A DNA stretch of 64,000 bases, taken from the NCBI GenBank assembly GCA_950097015.1, contig CATNEN010000038.1:31310001-31374000 (forward strand), in the 5' to 3' direction. Origin of the DNA: Macrostomum hystrix. Lineage: Eukaryota > Animalia > Platyhelminthes. This document shows positions 13,651 to 25,347 of this stretch, in pieces. A program made the translations under genes and the position numbers. Under the pieces are notes generated by a model that was not told where the DNA came from, did no database searches, and saw only the letters and a program-made list of their open reading frames with translations. Every line of letters begins with the position of its first letter. The stretch's first letter is position 1.

Positions 13651-13790
13651 GACAATCTTTCGCAGCAAATAATTAACACAACGAAGAAGATAAGATAAGC
13701 TCCACACAAGCCAGTTAATTAGAGAGGAACAAAGACAATGCAAATTAGTTAAAAACAAAAGAATAAAAAGTACAGAACATTAGTAATAAT

Positions 13791-16700
13791 TCAAGCCAAA
13801 GCAGACAGCCCAACGTCCTGTTTGGCCAGCTCAAGAAGCATTGGATCGTCGAAGAATTTATTGATAGCCACATCCTCCGATAGGCCTTTGCGGCGTCGAG
13901 TTTTGATCATGAACTCGCGAGCCAGGTGTATAGCCGGCTGAGGCTCCAACGGCCGGATGACGATGCTCTTGTCCAATGGATCGCCTGGCACAATTTGCCA
14001 ATGATGAAACACGCTCAGGCAGAAAGCCTGGCCCTGTGTATGGGTTCTCAAATCGGTCTCGAAGCCGAACGAATCGATGGCTGGTAGGAAGGCTTTGACA
14101 GTGTAGAGCGGAATACCCGGCACGGGGGCGTCCTGGGTCACGTGACCGCGCCGACGAGCCAGAACGTTATAGACGGCCGGGACACAGTCGGCAGGCGTGA
14201 GGGCTTCAACGTACAAGTAGGGCTCCATGAGGCGAGGAGTAGCCATGAGGAAGGCGCTGTATGCCGCCCGGCGGGCCGTTGGAATCAGCTGACTGCCGCC
14301 GCGGTGGACTGGCTCGGCTGCGATCAATGCGTCTAGCATCTTCATCTTGACATTGCGAACTGGCTCCTCGCATAGTGGACCCTCCCTGGTGGCCCACTGG
14401 AAGCCTTGCACAATGGAGTCGCGAGCGGTGGCCAGGAGGTCTTTGTCCACCTCGGAGGGCAGGGTGTCGTCAACAAGGACGTTGGGACCGCTAGAGTCCG
14501 GACCGAAGGCCCAGATTGATCTGCGGGTGGCGGCGGAGAGGGCGTGGGTGGATTATGTCCTGCGAGTAGAGAGGATTATGTCTTGAGAGTAGAGGGGATT
14601 ATGTCCTGAGACTAGAGGGGATTATATCCTGATAGTAGGGTGGATTATGTCCTGAGAGTAGAGGGGATTATGTCCTGAGAGAAGAGGGGGTTATATCCTG
14701 ATAGTAGGGTGGATTAGAGGGTGGGTAGAGAAGAGTAGATAAAAGTTGCAAAGATTGGCGAGTTAAAGTTACAGGAAAAAGCCAGATTTAAATTGCAGAG
14801 AAGGGCAGACAAAGTCCATTGTGAAGAGATCGGATCTAGCTAATGTTAACCATACCTGGCAGCCAGCAGGTCCCAGTCGTATTTGTGCTGAAAGAATTCG
14901 GCCACTCGCTTACGCGGCCAGGCCAAGCTGACGCTCCCAGCTTCAATGTCCTCGGCGATGCCTTTCTCCAGCGGCTCGGCAATCAGCGTCAGTTTATTGC
15001 GCCGATTTGGCGTCTCGGCGAAGCACTTCACCGAGCTGGTCTCGACGACGGTCTCGGCGAATGCAACGCTGGGATCGGCCACCTTGACGTCGATGTCAGC
15101 GTATAGCTGGCGAAGGTCCAGCAGGGCGCAGTCCAGGTAGAGCTCGCCGGTGCCCATGATGACGTGCTCGCCTGACTCCTCGATGCGGCAGGCCAGCAGG
15201 GGGTAGGATTTGCTGAGCTTGCGAAGGCCGTCCAACATCTTGGGCAGTTCGGATGGCAGGCTGGGCTCAACGGCCACCTTCACCACGGAGGCGGTGCTGT
15301 ACTGCAGCGGCCGAAAGGTCAGGACTCGACGCGAGGCCGAGTCGGCGCTGGTGATGGTGGCAGTCTTGGCGATTGGCTCGTCAACCCCTTCGATGAGCAC
15401 CCAGTTACCGGCGGGGACTCTGCTGAGCTCCACTCTGTACTGCGCGTTGAGCAGCCAGAGGCGGCCAACACGGGCAGTGCGCGAATCCTCTTCGTCAGCC
15501 AGAGTGTACTGCTCGCCTAGGACGCGCACCTGCGAATGTTGGCGTAATGTTTTTCAATACATATCGGATAGATATTTATTAACGCGCTAAAGAATACTTA
15601 ATGGTTCAGGGCATGGAACACACTGAAGGATGGTTGGTTCAGGGCATAAAACACACTGAAGGATGGGTTGGTTCACTGCATAAAACACACTGAAGGATGG
15701 GTTGGTTCAGGGCATGGAACACACTGTAAGATGGATGGGTTCAGGAAATGGAACACACTGAAGGATGGTTGGTTCAGGGCATGAAACACACTGAAGGATG
15801 GGTTGGTTCAGGGCATAAAACACACTGAAGGATGGGTTGGTTCAGGGCATAAAACACACTGAAGGATGGGTTGGTTCAGGGCATAAAACACACTGAAGGA
15901 TGGGTTGGTTCAGGGCATGAAACACACTGAAGGATGGTTGGTTCAGGGCATGAAACACACTGAAGGATGGGTTGGTTTCGGCTATGAAACAAACTAAGCC
16001 AACCTGTTGTCCAGCGTGCAGAGTGCCGGAAATGACTCGGCCGAACACGTGGAAGCCGCTGGCATCAGGTGTCGGAAACAGTTTAGTCGCATGAATGACC
16101 AGCACGCCGGATGGGTCACAGCTGGCCATATCGGCGCAGACGCCGCCGTCCGATTCGCTGTTTTCGGCGCCCGAGTACCAACGGCGGACCCGGTCAGCCG
16201 CGGAGTCAACCGGGCTGGGACAATGTCGGACGGCTGAGTCAACCAGGCCGTCCCAGTTCGCAAAGAATCGGCGCATTACTAGGCGCAGCAGTGGTCGAAC
16301 ATTGAGCTTGAGCTCCGAGCGCGAGATTGGCACGTCCAGCTCATGGCACACCGCCTCGATGTTAGTCTCGACGTCGCCAACGAGGGTGCTGAAGATCTGA
16401 CAAAGTCGCGAGAGAGGTGCTTATTTTGAGAGGAAATCTTCGTGGGGATACAAAAATAGGTTTCTAAAGGTAATCCTGGGTTGAGGATTAAAGGCGAGGG
16501 GATTCTACGAGTAATCTCAAGTGTGGGATTTAAATTAGAAGTATGGGATTTTGATTAGAGGTATGGGATTTTAATCAGAGGTATGGGATTTTGATTAGAG
16601 GTATGGGATTTTGACTAGAGATATAGGATTTTAATCAGAGGTATGGGATTTTGATTAGAGATATAGGATTTTAATCAGAGGTATAGGATTTTGATTAGAG

Positions 16701-18799
16701 GTATGGGATTTTGATTAGAGGTATGGGATTTTGACTAGAGATATAGGATTTTAATCAGAGGTATGGGATTTTGATTAGAGATATAGGATTTTAATCAGAG
16801 GTATAGGATTTTGATTAGAGGTATGGGATTTTGATTAGAGATATAGGATTTTAATCAGAGGTATGGGATTTTGATTAGAGATATAGGATTTTAATCAGAG
16901 GTATGGGATTTTGATTAGAGGTATGGGATTTTAATTAGAGATATGGGATTTTGATTAGAGATATAGGATTTTAATTAGAGGTATGGGATTTTAATCAGAG
17001 GTATGGGATTTTGATTAGAGATACAGGATTTTAATTAGAGATATGGGATTTTAATTAGAGGTATGGGATTTTAATCAGAGGTATGGGATTTTGATTAGAG
17101 GTATGGGATTTTAATTAAAGCCAAGGATTAAGAAATCAACAAGGACTGACCTTATAGACAGGCTCCAGGCAGAACTGTACAAAAGTCCTCTGCTGAGCCT
17201 GCTGCTTGCCGCCGGCACCGGGTTCTCGACTAAACCGCCTAGTCTTGGCGTCGAAGTACACATCGCCCCACAGCCTGCTGGCAAACTGGGCAGCGTCCAT
17301 TCTAGGCGCGAATTTCTCCTTATACAATCTGGCGAACGAGGATAAACTGAAGCAGAAACGGAAAGCAGACGAGGCGAAGATGACAGAGCCGTCCAGAGGG
17401 GTCAGCGGCTTGGCGAGCTCGGGTGTTGGCGCGTGAGTATGGACCAGAGCGTTGACCTCGTCAATGAGGTGACGCAATCGAAAATAAGCATCAACAGGCG
17501 GCAGTTTGAGTTCGATAATGAGCCTGTCTATTTTATTGATGCACAGAATCAACGGCAGGCCGTGTTGCATAGCCTGCTGGATGGCTCGCTCCGTGCCCAT
17601 CATGGGACCCTCGGCGGCGCAGATCACTAGCAGGACGGCGTCGCACAGGCGGAACGCGGCCGCCTGCTCGTCGGCGAAGCACGGATGACCCGGAGTGTCC
17701 ATGAGATTCAACAGGTGCGACTTGCCCCGAGAATCTGGCAGTAGGAGACTGAGCGGACAGCACTTCACTGACAGGCCGCGCTCGCATTCGACCCGCAGGC
17801 TGTGCGTGAAGGACAACTCGGCGCGACCGTCGGCCACGTCGGAGGCGGTTGCGCGAACATCAGGATGAGTCAGCTCGATCAGGCAGTCCAGCAGGCAGGT
17901 CTTGCCGTGATGCAGGTGCCCGGCAACCGCTAGGCAACGCACCAGATTAGGACTGTCCATCAGGTCAGTGAGGAACTCCCAGCTGAATGTGGTCCTAGGC
18001 GTGTCTGAGCGTTCGCGAAAGTACACCCGCTTGGTGCGTATCGGAGCCACGATTGGCTCCGTCAGCGGCTGAGCGTCTTCCTCCTGGACCAAAGTCTCAA
18101 CATCGGGGCCGTACACCTGAGCGACAGGTGAAACAAATTCGCATCTTATTTTATTTGGAAAAAATCTATATTTCTATTGTTTAACAGAAGTGAAGAACCA
18201 CGAAGGGGAGATTTTCCCCAACCTGACAATTTTTTGCGCTGCACCCGAACGGAGCAACAGGAGGAAATAGGCCACTATCGACACCCTGACGCGAATTTCT
18301 TCAATTTCACTGTTTAAGCAGCTCAACCACAGGACACCATCGCCTAGTCTGTCAACCAATCAGTCACCACCAAACGCTATTAGCGTTCGGGCGCTGTCAA
18401 AAACATTTTTAGGATGTTGGGGCAAATCCCCCGCCTTGGTAGTCCTACAGTTAAGTATAATATTATTGATGTTAAGAGCGACTTTTTCAACAAGAATTTC
18501 TTGAGTAATATAATTACCTCAGCAGCCGATGGATAGTACTTTTTGTCCTCGTGCAGTACAACACGCATCTCGGAATCATCGTCACCTTTGCCCAAAGCCA
18601 GGCTGCCGGCACCGGTGGCTTCCGCAGCGGCATCATCATCGTCGCCTTCCTCTTCGTCGAAATCATCGTCTGCGTCGTCACCGCGACCGCCGCCCCGATG
18701 ACCGACGTCCTGGTCGTTGTCCTCGTTGTCTTCGTCGTCATCGGAAGCCAAGTCCGGCCCGATGTAGTTGCCGAACTCGTCGTAGAGGTCCTCGGTATC
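13791..18799 (-). CDS. EFTUD2: U5 snRNP 116 kDa GTPase Snu114 (exons 18799-18518, 18116-17151, 16396-16004, 15529-14856, 14520-13791; no ATG at the conserved start)
   Basis: [16 protein letters not shown]-terminus, [17 protein letters not shown], and C-terminal [33 protein letters not shown]. Introns are GT-AG and in frame. Confidence 0.97.
14545..14720. repeat. ~23-bp intronic minisatellite (GAGTAGAGGGGATTATGTCCTGA)
   Basis: Degenerate tandem copies. Confidence 0.8.
15602..15976. repeat. 33-34-bp intronic minisatellite (GGTTCAGGGCATAAAACACACTGAAGGATGGGTT)
   Basis: Tandem copies. Confidence 0.95.
16520..17118. repeat. 20-bp intronic minisatellite (GTATGGGATTTTGATTAGAG)
   Basis: Tandem copies. 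Confidence 0.95.
18180..18455 (+). mobile_element. Internally deleted copy of the MITE-like family in an EFTUD2 intron
   Basis: Shares CCTGACAATTTTTT...GCTGCACCCGAACGGAGCAAC and GCCTAGTCTGTCAACCAATCAGTCACCACC with the 7626-8235 element. TTAA occurs at both ends. Confidence 0.6.
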
Positions 18800-18849
18800 C
18801 TGAAAACAGAATATTTAACATACTTTATTTAGGATAGTAAATTTTTAGT

Positions 18850-19645
18850 TATCTACCTTACACATAGTTTTAACATTCCCCTCAATCTACCTGTCACATA
18901 GTTAACATTCCCCTCAATCTACCTGTCACATGGTTAACATTCCCCTCAATCTACCTTACACATAGCTTTAACATTCCCCTCAATCTACCTGTCACATAGT
19001 TAACATTCCCCTCAATCTACCTGTCACATGGTTAACATTCCCCTCAATCTACCTGTCACATGGTTAACATTCCCCTCAATCTACCTGTCACATGGTTAAA
19101 CATTCCTCTCAATCTACCTGTCACATGGTTAAACATTCCTCTCAATCTACCTGTCACATGGTTAACATTCCTCTCAATCTACCTGTCACACCGTTAAACA
19201 TTCCCCTCAATCTACCTGTCACATGGGTAACATTCCCCTGAATCTACCTGTCACATGGTTAAACATTCCTCTCAATCTAACTGTCACATGGGTAACATTC
19301 CCCTGAATCTACCTGTCACATGGTTAAAATTCCTCTCAATCTACCAGTCACATAGTTAAACATTCCCCTCAATCTAGCTGTCACATGGTTAACATTTCTC
19401 TCAATCTACCTGTCCCATGGTTAAACATTCCTCTCAATCTACCTGTCACATAGTTAACATTCCTCTTAATCTACCTGTCACATGGTTAACATTCCCCTCA
19501 ATCTACCTGTCACATGGTTAACATTCCCCTGAATCTAACTGTTACATGGTTAACATTCCTCTCAATCTACCTGTCACATGGTTAAACATTCCTCTCAATC
19601 TACCTGTCACATAGTTAATATTCCTTACAATCTACCTGTTACAAG
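18850..19645. repeat. 31-32-bp minisatellite (TTAACATTCCCCTCAATCTACCTGTCACATGG)
   Basis: Tandem copies immediately upstream of the first EFTUD2 acceptor. Confidence 0.95.
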
Positions 19646-20414
19646 CCAAAATTTAAAAAGAAAATAAAAATTAAACACTTATATTTCTACATGCCAAAAT
19701 AGTTTTGTGGAACACCAGAAAACCATGAAATATTTTGTCGAAGGCAACGGATATGACAAATTGTGTTAAATATGTTTATTTGATTCATACATACAATGCT
19801 TCAATCCTTTACAATGGCAATAGTTTGCAACACACAAACGTAATAATAACTGATAGTGCGGTGATTCAGTGAGTCAGCACAGTTTTAATCCTATTCACAA
19901 ACTATGTTTAGCTATATTGTTGAACATAAAATTTGTTTGCCTAATTAAAAAACTTAGAAAGACAATAGACACGAGATAGATGATAGGGATGGGATTCTGT
20001 CTGACTTACCGAACAAAATAATAGAAAATTAGATATATTAATCTAAACAGACAATTTGTGCTATGCATGTGTGTTTATGAAAGCAGTAATGTGGTGTATA
20101 GTTCATTGATTTATTTGCAAACAAAAGTTTTACTTGAATGATTTAGACACTTAAAATAGCATTTTGTTGTCAGCAGTACTTACTTTAAAAAGCGGCTTTA
20201 AATAGATGATCACATGTTTGACGAGCTCAAAATATAATTGGTAGATTTACAAATAAATGAATTGCGAGTGGCAAATGAAAGCAAAAACTACAGATGATGA
20301 AAAAAACAAAAAATATGCTTCATATGACTGGATATTTAAAATGATTGTTTGAGTTGCCATTTTGTTGATGAGGCTACAGTAATATTACTACATCTTATCT
20401 GGTGTGAAAGAAAC

Positions 20415-20620
20415 TATTTAACAGTAAAGCTACAACAGGTGGAAATAGGCCACTATGGACACCCTGACGCGAATTTCTCCATCTCACTGAACAAGCCTAA
20501 ATACTAGGCGCAGATCAACCACAGTACACCATCATCTTGGCTGTCAACTAATCAGTCACCACCCAACGATGTTAGCATTCAGGCACTGCCAAAATAATTT
20601 CAGGGGGAACCCCTTGGTAA
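20415..20620 (+). mobile_element. Third copy of the MITE-like family, abutting a SINE
   Basis: GGAAATAGGCCACTATGGACACCCTGACGCGAATTTC...CTGTCAACTAATCAGTCACCACC...CCCCTTGGTA. Confidence 0.55.
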
Positions 20621-20924
20621 GGGGGTCGGTGGCAGAGCGGGCGTTTGCCTCTTGTACCAAGGTCCCTAAGTTCGATTCCACGGCGAGGCCACATTTAATT
20701 GGGGCGCAACCGTCGAGAGAAGGCTTGCGGCGTGTCTTGCAGTTTACGCACTTGGCTGCCAACCTCCAAGACATTGTTAAATGTACACTGCCTGACGATA
20801 AGAAATTCAGGGCAGATGTACACACCTGTGTGTGAGTGTGCTCAGGAGTCAGCGAAATGGGCAGAATTGCCTCCTCGCTGGCTGCGGGTCTAGGGTCACT
20901 AAATGATGTGCCATCGCCTGCAGC
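20621..20924 (+). mobile_element. tRNA-derived SINE, copy 2
   Basis: A box TGGCAGAGCGG, B box GTTCGATTCC, body homologous to copy 1. Confidence 0.75.
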
Positions 20925-21262
20925 TTTAATCTAATTATTTTTAATATAACTCCTTGGTATATAACTTCAAGCCCAAATGGCTTGGCAGTTCTACACTTAA
21001 TACGATGGTAGATTTTTACTTACCAAGTAGAGCTGTAGGTGATGCAATAAAATAATTCTGTGCTTTTTGAATTAGAATTAGAATTTTTGAAATGACGAAT
21101 CTTGTATGTTTCATAAAAACTGTTGCATTCAGCAATATGGAAAAGAAAATAGCAGTGCAACAATAACAAACAAAAAGACACCGAAGATGATGAAGTTAGC
21201 GGTAATGCAATGAATCAAACAGATGCTATGTCGGTCCATAAAATTATTAAAAGTGTAGGATT

Positions 21263-23187
21263 CTACTTTCGATAATAGCCGTTGGCTTTCAAACGTTGCA
21301 CCTGTTTTAGCGTCTTGGTCATCAGTGGAGCTTTTGAACGACCCGAAGAGTTTGGAGCTGATGATGCTGCAGAAGATGATGGCCTACTATGAACAGATAG
21401 CGGAGCGCTGGCTGTCGGTAGTATGTGGCTGGACAATTGTTCAACAAGTTGTGCCTTCTCCGGATTGGCCGAGATTCGGGCCTTCTTGGCCTGCGTGACG
21501 AATTTCAAGGAGTCGACAGCAGCCGAATATTCCGGATTTTGGCGCTTACGCTGCGGCGGCTTATCGATCAGTGTGAGCATTGTTTTACGCTGATCAATGC
21601 GAGCCTTGGCCTGACTGGTAGCTAAGCGCTCTGTGATGCTTTTCAGCTTGGCCTGCTGTTTCCGGCGCGCTTTCAAATAGCGCCTACGCCAGGGCGAGAA
21701 TTTGTCATCGTTGGAATCTAAGCCCTTAGCATTGTCGGCGAAGTCGCGCATAAAATGAAACTGCCACAATTCATCGTCGTCGCCAATAAGATGCTCATTG
21801 AATGATTCCAGGCGTTCTAGTTGTTCAACGCTGCACTTTACTAACACGGGTTTGACTACGTGATATGGGACGCCGGGACCCATTGCGCCTAGCCAGTCTA
21901 GATGCAGTGCAAGATAGTCAAGGCAGGCCTGTTTCAATGTTGGCACACTATCATAGATCTGACGCGTGCGACCAGAATACACTGCCGTGCGAGTGTGCAG
22001 CTTCAGTGGCATAGCCAAGTCGCTATCTTCAATAGTACGCCTGGAAGATCCAGAGGCAGCAGCTAGAGCTGGATCTTCGCTAGCGCCTAGATTTAACACG
22101 GACGGCAATTCCGGCAATTTTTCCGGCTCGCTCTGCTTCTGCTTTACCAAATGCTTGTTTTTGTTCTTCTTCTTCCTTTTGATTATCCGCTGAGAAGCAG
22201 CCATATCGAGGCAGTCTTCAAATGTTAGGCCAGTTGAATTGTCAAATTCTTCCAGATTGGCCTTTGATCGATTCTTATGTTTTTTCTTTGCCTTGTCTGA
22301 AGAATCTGGAGAAGACGGCAGTCGAAAAGAGACGCGAGGCTTAGCCTCTGTGCTTTGAGCTTCTGTTTGAGCTCTAATAACAGTCTTCGATGAGGACTCT
22401 TCGTGCTTCTTAGAAACAGGCATCGATGCAGTTTTCAAATCAGTTGGATTATATTTCGGATGTTCGCCTGGGTTTGTCTTGGAATTTGAAGCCTTTGGCG
22501 ATTCGTTGGACTTCTTTGAATCTATTGAGTGTTTAGAACTTGAGCCCTTGTAAGAACCAGAGGAGGACAGAGACGGTTGAGATGCTGCCACCTCAGCCAC
22601 AGGAAGGGGTCTAGCTAGCAGGTCTGGGCGCTGAGTCAGAGCGGAATCTACAGTACGTTTCCAATTGTTGACCAGCTCGGTGGCTACGCTATCTAGCTCG
22701 CTGCGTGACCCGTCGCGACAAGCATTGACAGCTTTGCCGATACCACTAGAGGCCAGCACCTGCATGTTCACCTTAACTTGACGCAGGCGCTTTAGCAGGT
22801 CCAGCTTCTAAAAAAATCATTTCATTCAAGGAAGTAAAAAACTGTTCGTGCAACACTAGGACTAGGTACTTGACTATCCCTATAATCAAGAATGGTGGTA
22901 AATTCTATTTGAGTGTCAGGGAGGATTGCTTGTTCAACTTAAATGTAACCATATTGGAGGACTGTTGATTAAATTTCAAATTTAAGGATTGGATATGGTT
23001 ATTAGTTTAACATGACATAACATAACATTAGGCTTACTAACAACTCAAGGATCAGAGGGAAAGGTATCTGTCAATCCAAAGATTATACCTTGGCAGGCAT
23101 GGTAGCAGGCGATTGGAGTCGCTCAGTGCATCGCCTAAAGTACAAGAGTTCAACATCTTCAGGTGAGCCAGAATCTCCAGATGCCAT
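21263..23187 (-). CDS. ELOA: Elongin A (exons 23187-23089, 22807-21263)
   Basis: TFIIS-N domain (LLKRLRQVKVNMQVLASSGIGKAVN...LVNNWK), RTAVYSG, BC-box VPTLKQACL, Elongin A domain (QLERLESFN...DDELW...RDF), C-terminal KAPLMTKTLK. Confidence 0.9.
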
Positions 23188-24871
23188 TTCGACTCTGAAG
23201 AATTGGATTGAGATAGTTTTACAAATTGTTAAGGATCAGTTAACACAACTTTAAAGGTAACTCTGAATAAAAAGTTAAGGTTAAAAATATTAAATTTATT
23301 GAGATTAAGAATTCTAAACTACAAAGTTACAGTTAGAGCTCCAAACAATATTGTTGCCAAAACTACCATAAAATACTTTTGGTTTACTAATACTTGATAA
23401 CTACCTGAAAACTAAACAAAAACCAAGAAGAAAACTAGACTAGCTGAACCAATGTGATAAAAAGCACAATGTTATTACATATTTTTAAGGGAAACTAAGT
23501 AACTGTAACTATCACTAAGTGTCACAAATATTTATCTCTAGTCTCTAGAAACTTTTACTAATCTCAGTGTCTAAAAATCTATGATTTAAAATAAACTTAC
23601 ACCTTTTTATTATTATTTTTATAAGATTTTACACATTTTCTGGCTAAGAGTTTGCTTGATCCCAAGCCTATAAAAATTAAATAAGACCCTATTTTGCTGT
23701 TTTTTGGAAAGAACAAATATAGATTAAGCTAATAAAGATTATTACTAAGCCTAAACTAGTTAGGCTTAGTAGGGTAATGTATCATCAACCGAACAGTGGA
23801 TCTTCAAAACCGAACAAGAATTTTGACTTCTTCCTTGGTCTCGTGCAAGACAGAAACAAGCTATCGTGTTTCACAGAACAACTAATTTGAAAGTTGAAGA
23901 AATTATCTACAAGCTGAGGCATGATGTGCAATGAAGCATTAAGAGGAAAGAAAGATATTGATGTTTCAGTAGAAATTTTTATCGCAAAAGCATACTTTTT
24001 AACAACATTTTTTCAGTACATGTACTTTAGACAAAGATTGTATGTGGTTGCTTGCCAATTAAATGACCATAAATGCAGTTATTTATAGAGCATGAAAAAT
24101 GCTTTCAAATTACATAATTCATGATAGTTCACTCCTTAAAATAAGATTAAACCACTCACTTAAAGTGGCACCACTGAACAGGCTGAAGGTCTAATTGGCC
24201 CTACAAAGGAGTTGTTAGCTTGGTATGGCTCATGGCACTTTTTTGCCAAAATGTTATAGTTTCCAGCACATGTTAGGTATGTAATTTATGTTCTTATAGG
24301 GAATCATAAATGCTAGCTAAGTAAGAATTGTATGGTTGTACAGTTTAAGACTGAATAAAGTAGGGCCTAGGTTTACTGGTTGAGGAGATCGGCCATGAGC
24401 CTCTGCTGCCAGGGGTCTGGGTCCCCCCAGTGGGGAACATTGTAATTCATTTTACTCACTAACTCACAGTTTCTTTGTTGCAACAAGACCCATTGATGAA
24501 ATTATTAGGCCTAATGCAATTTATGCGATCAATAGGCCCTGTACCCCTAAAATACAAATAGGATTTAGGTATAACTTGCACACAAATGCATTTTGTGTAA
24601 AATGCTTTCCTTTTCCATGCATTATATCATAGGCCCCCACATGTAGCGAAATATGATAACATAGAAAAAGCATGGATCTGCATGTGTTAAATTAGCTCGG
24701 ACTGTGTAAATTGAAAAGTATGATCTATATATTTTAACATATAACACCAAAGCTGATTAAAAATCACAAGAATTGCAGATGGCCCTTCCTTGTCAACAAC
24801 AATTACACAACCTAATAATTATTTACTCAAAGGATGCTAATTAAATAAAAAATTTCGCTTTTACAGAAACT

Positions 24872-25327
24872 TGTGACGTTGTCTCTCTAATTTAATGTAA
24901 TTTTAATATGCTATTTCTAATTAAGTGCATTATTTTCGTTAGCTATATTTGTTAGGGATATTTCTTCGGTTTTCCATATATATTTATAATGGTTTTGTTT
25001 TAGTGTACTACATAGTCGTAGTTCGTATTCAAATGTGCTAACTAGGCCTTTCCAGTGAAGGCTCCCAACCCTGCCCCCGGGCTTGTTCTACGACTGAGTG
25101 CTGGTTGTTATTTTGTCAGTGGCTAATCTGAACTGTAGCCGTAGCTGTATTTCAAGTGAATCCATTGAGTAGCTCTGTAACCCATCTAAGATATAGCCAG
25201 CATTCGCCGTAAAGACGATTTCTTAATTCGAAGGCCCAATTTACTGCATGAGAGTGCTTTCCGCTACGAAGGTTTTGTAACGATCGATAATTTACCTTGC
25301 TATTAAAATAAACCGAACTTCGTCATA
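24872..25327 (+). repeat. 5' LTR (456 bp, TGTGACG...CGTCATA)
   Basis: Direct repeat of 33130-33584. By eye it differs by one substitution and one 1-bp indel. AATAAA lies ~15 nt before the end. Confidence 0.95.
25207..25250 (+). other. Spliced-leader-like 44-mer inside the 5' LTR
   Basis: CCGTAAAGACGATTTCTTAATTCGAAGGCCCAATTTACTGCATG aligns without gaps (37/44) to the Macrostomum SL exon as I recall it. Ends in the flatworm-conserved ATG. Confidence 0.75.
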
Positions 25328-25333
25328 TAAATT

Positions 25334-25347
25334 TGGAGGACCCACCG
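25334..25347 (+). promoter_or_regulatory. Primer binding site, tRNA-Gln-like
   Basis: TGGAGGACCCACCG, 6 nt after the LTR; 13/14 complementary to a metazoan tRNA-Gln 3' end (...CGGUGGGACCUCCA). Confidence 0.7.

Noticed and set aside
20790-20812. CTGACGA...GAAA hammerhead-like core in SINE copy 2
   Set aside because: No stem II, and the motif is not conserved in the other copies.
20860-20915. GCCTCCTCGCTGGC in the SINE is identical to P3/L3 of the genomic HDV ribozyme
   Set aside because: I could not build P1, P1.1 and a clean P2. The segment is better explained by a simple hairpin with upstream GTCAGCGA, and copy 3 breaks P3. A ribozyme covariance search would settle it.
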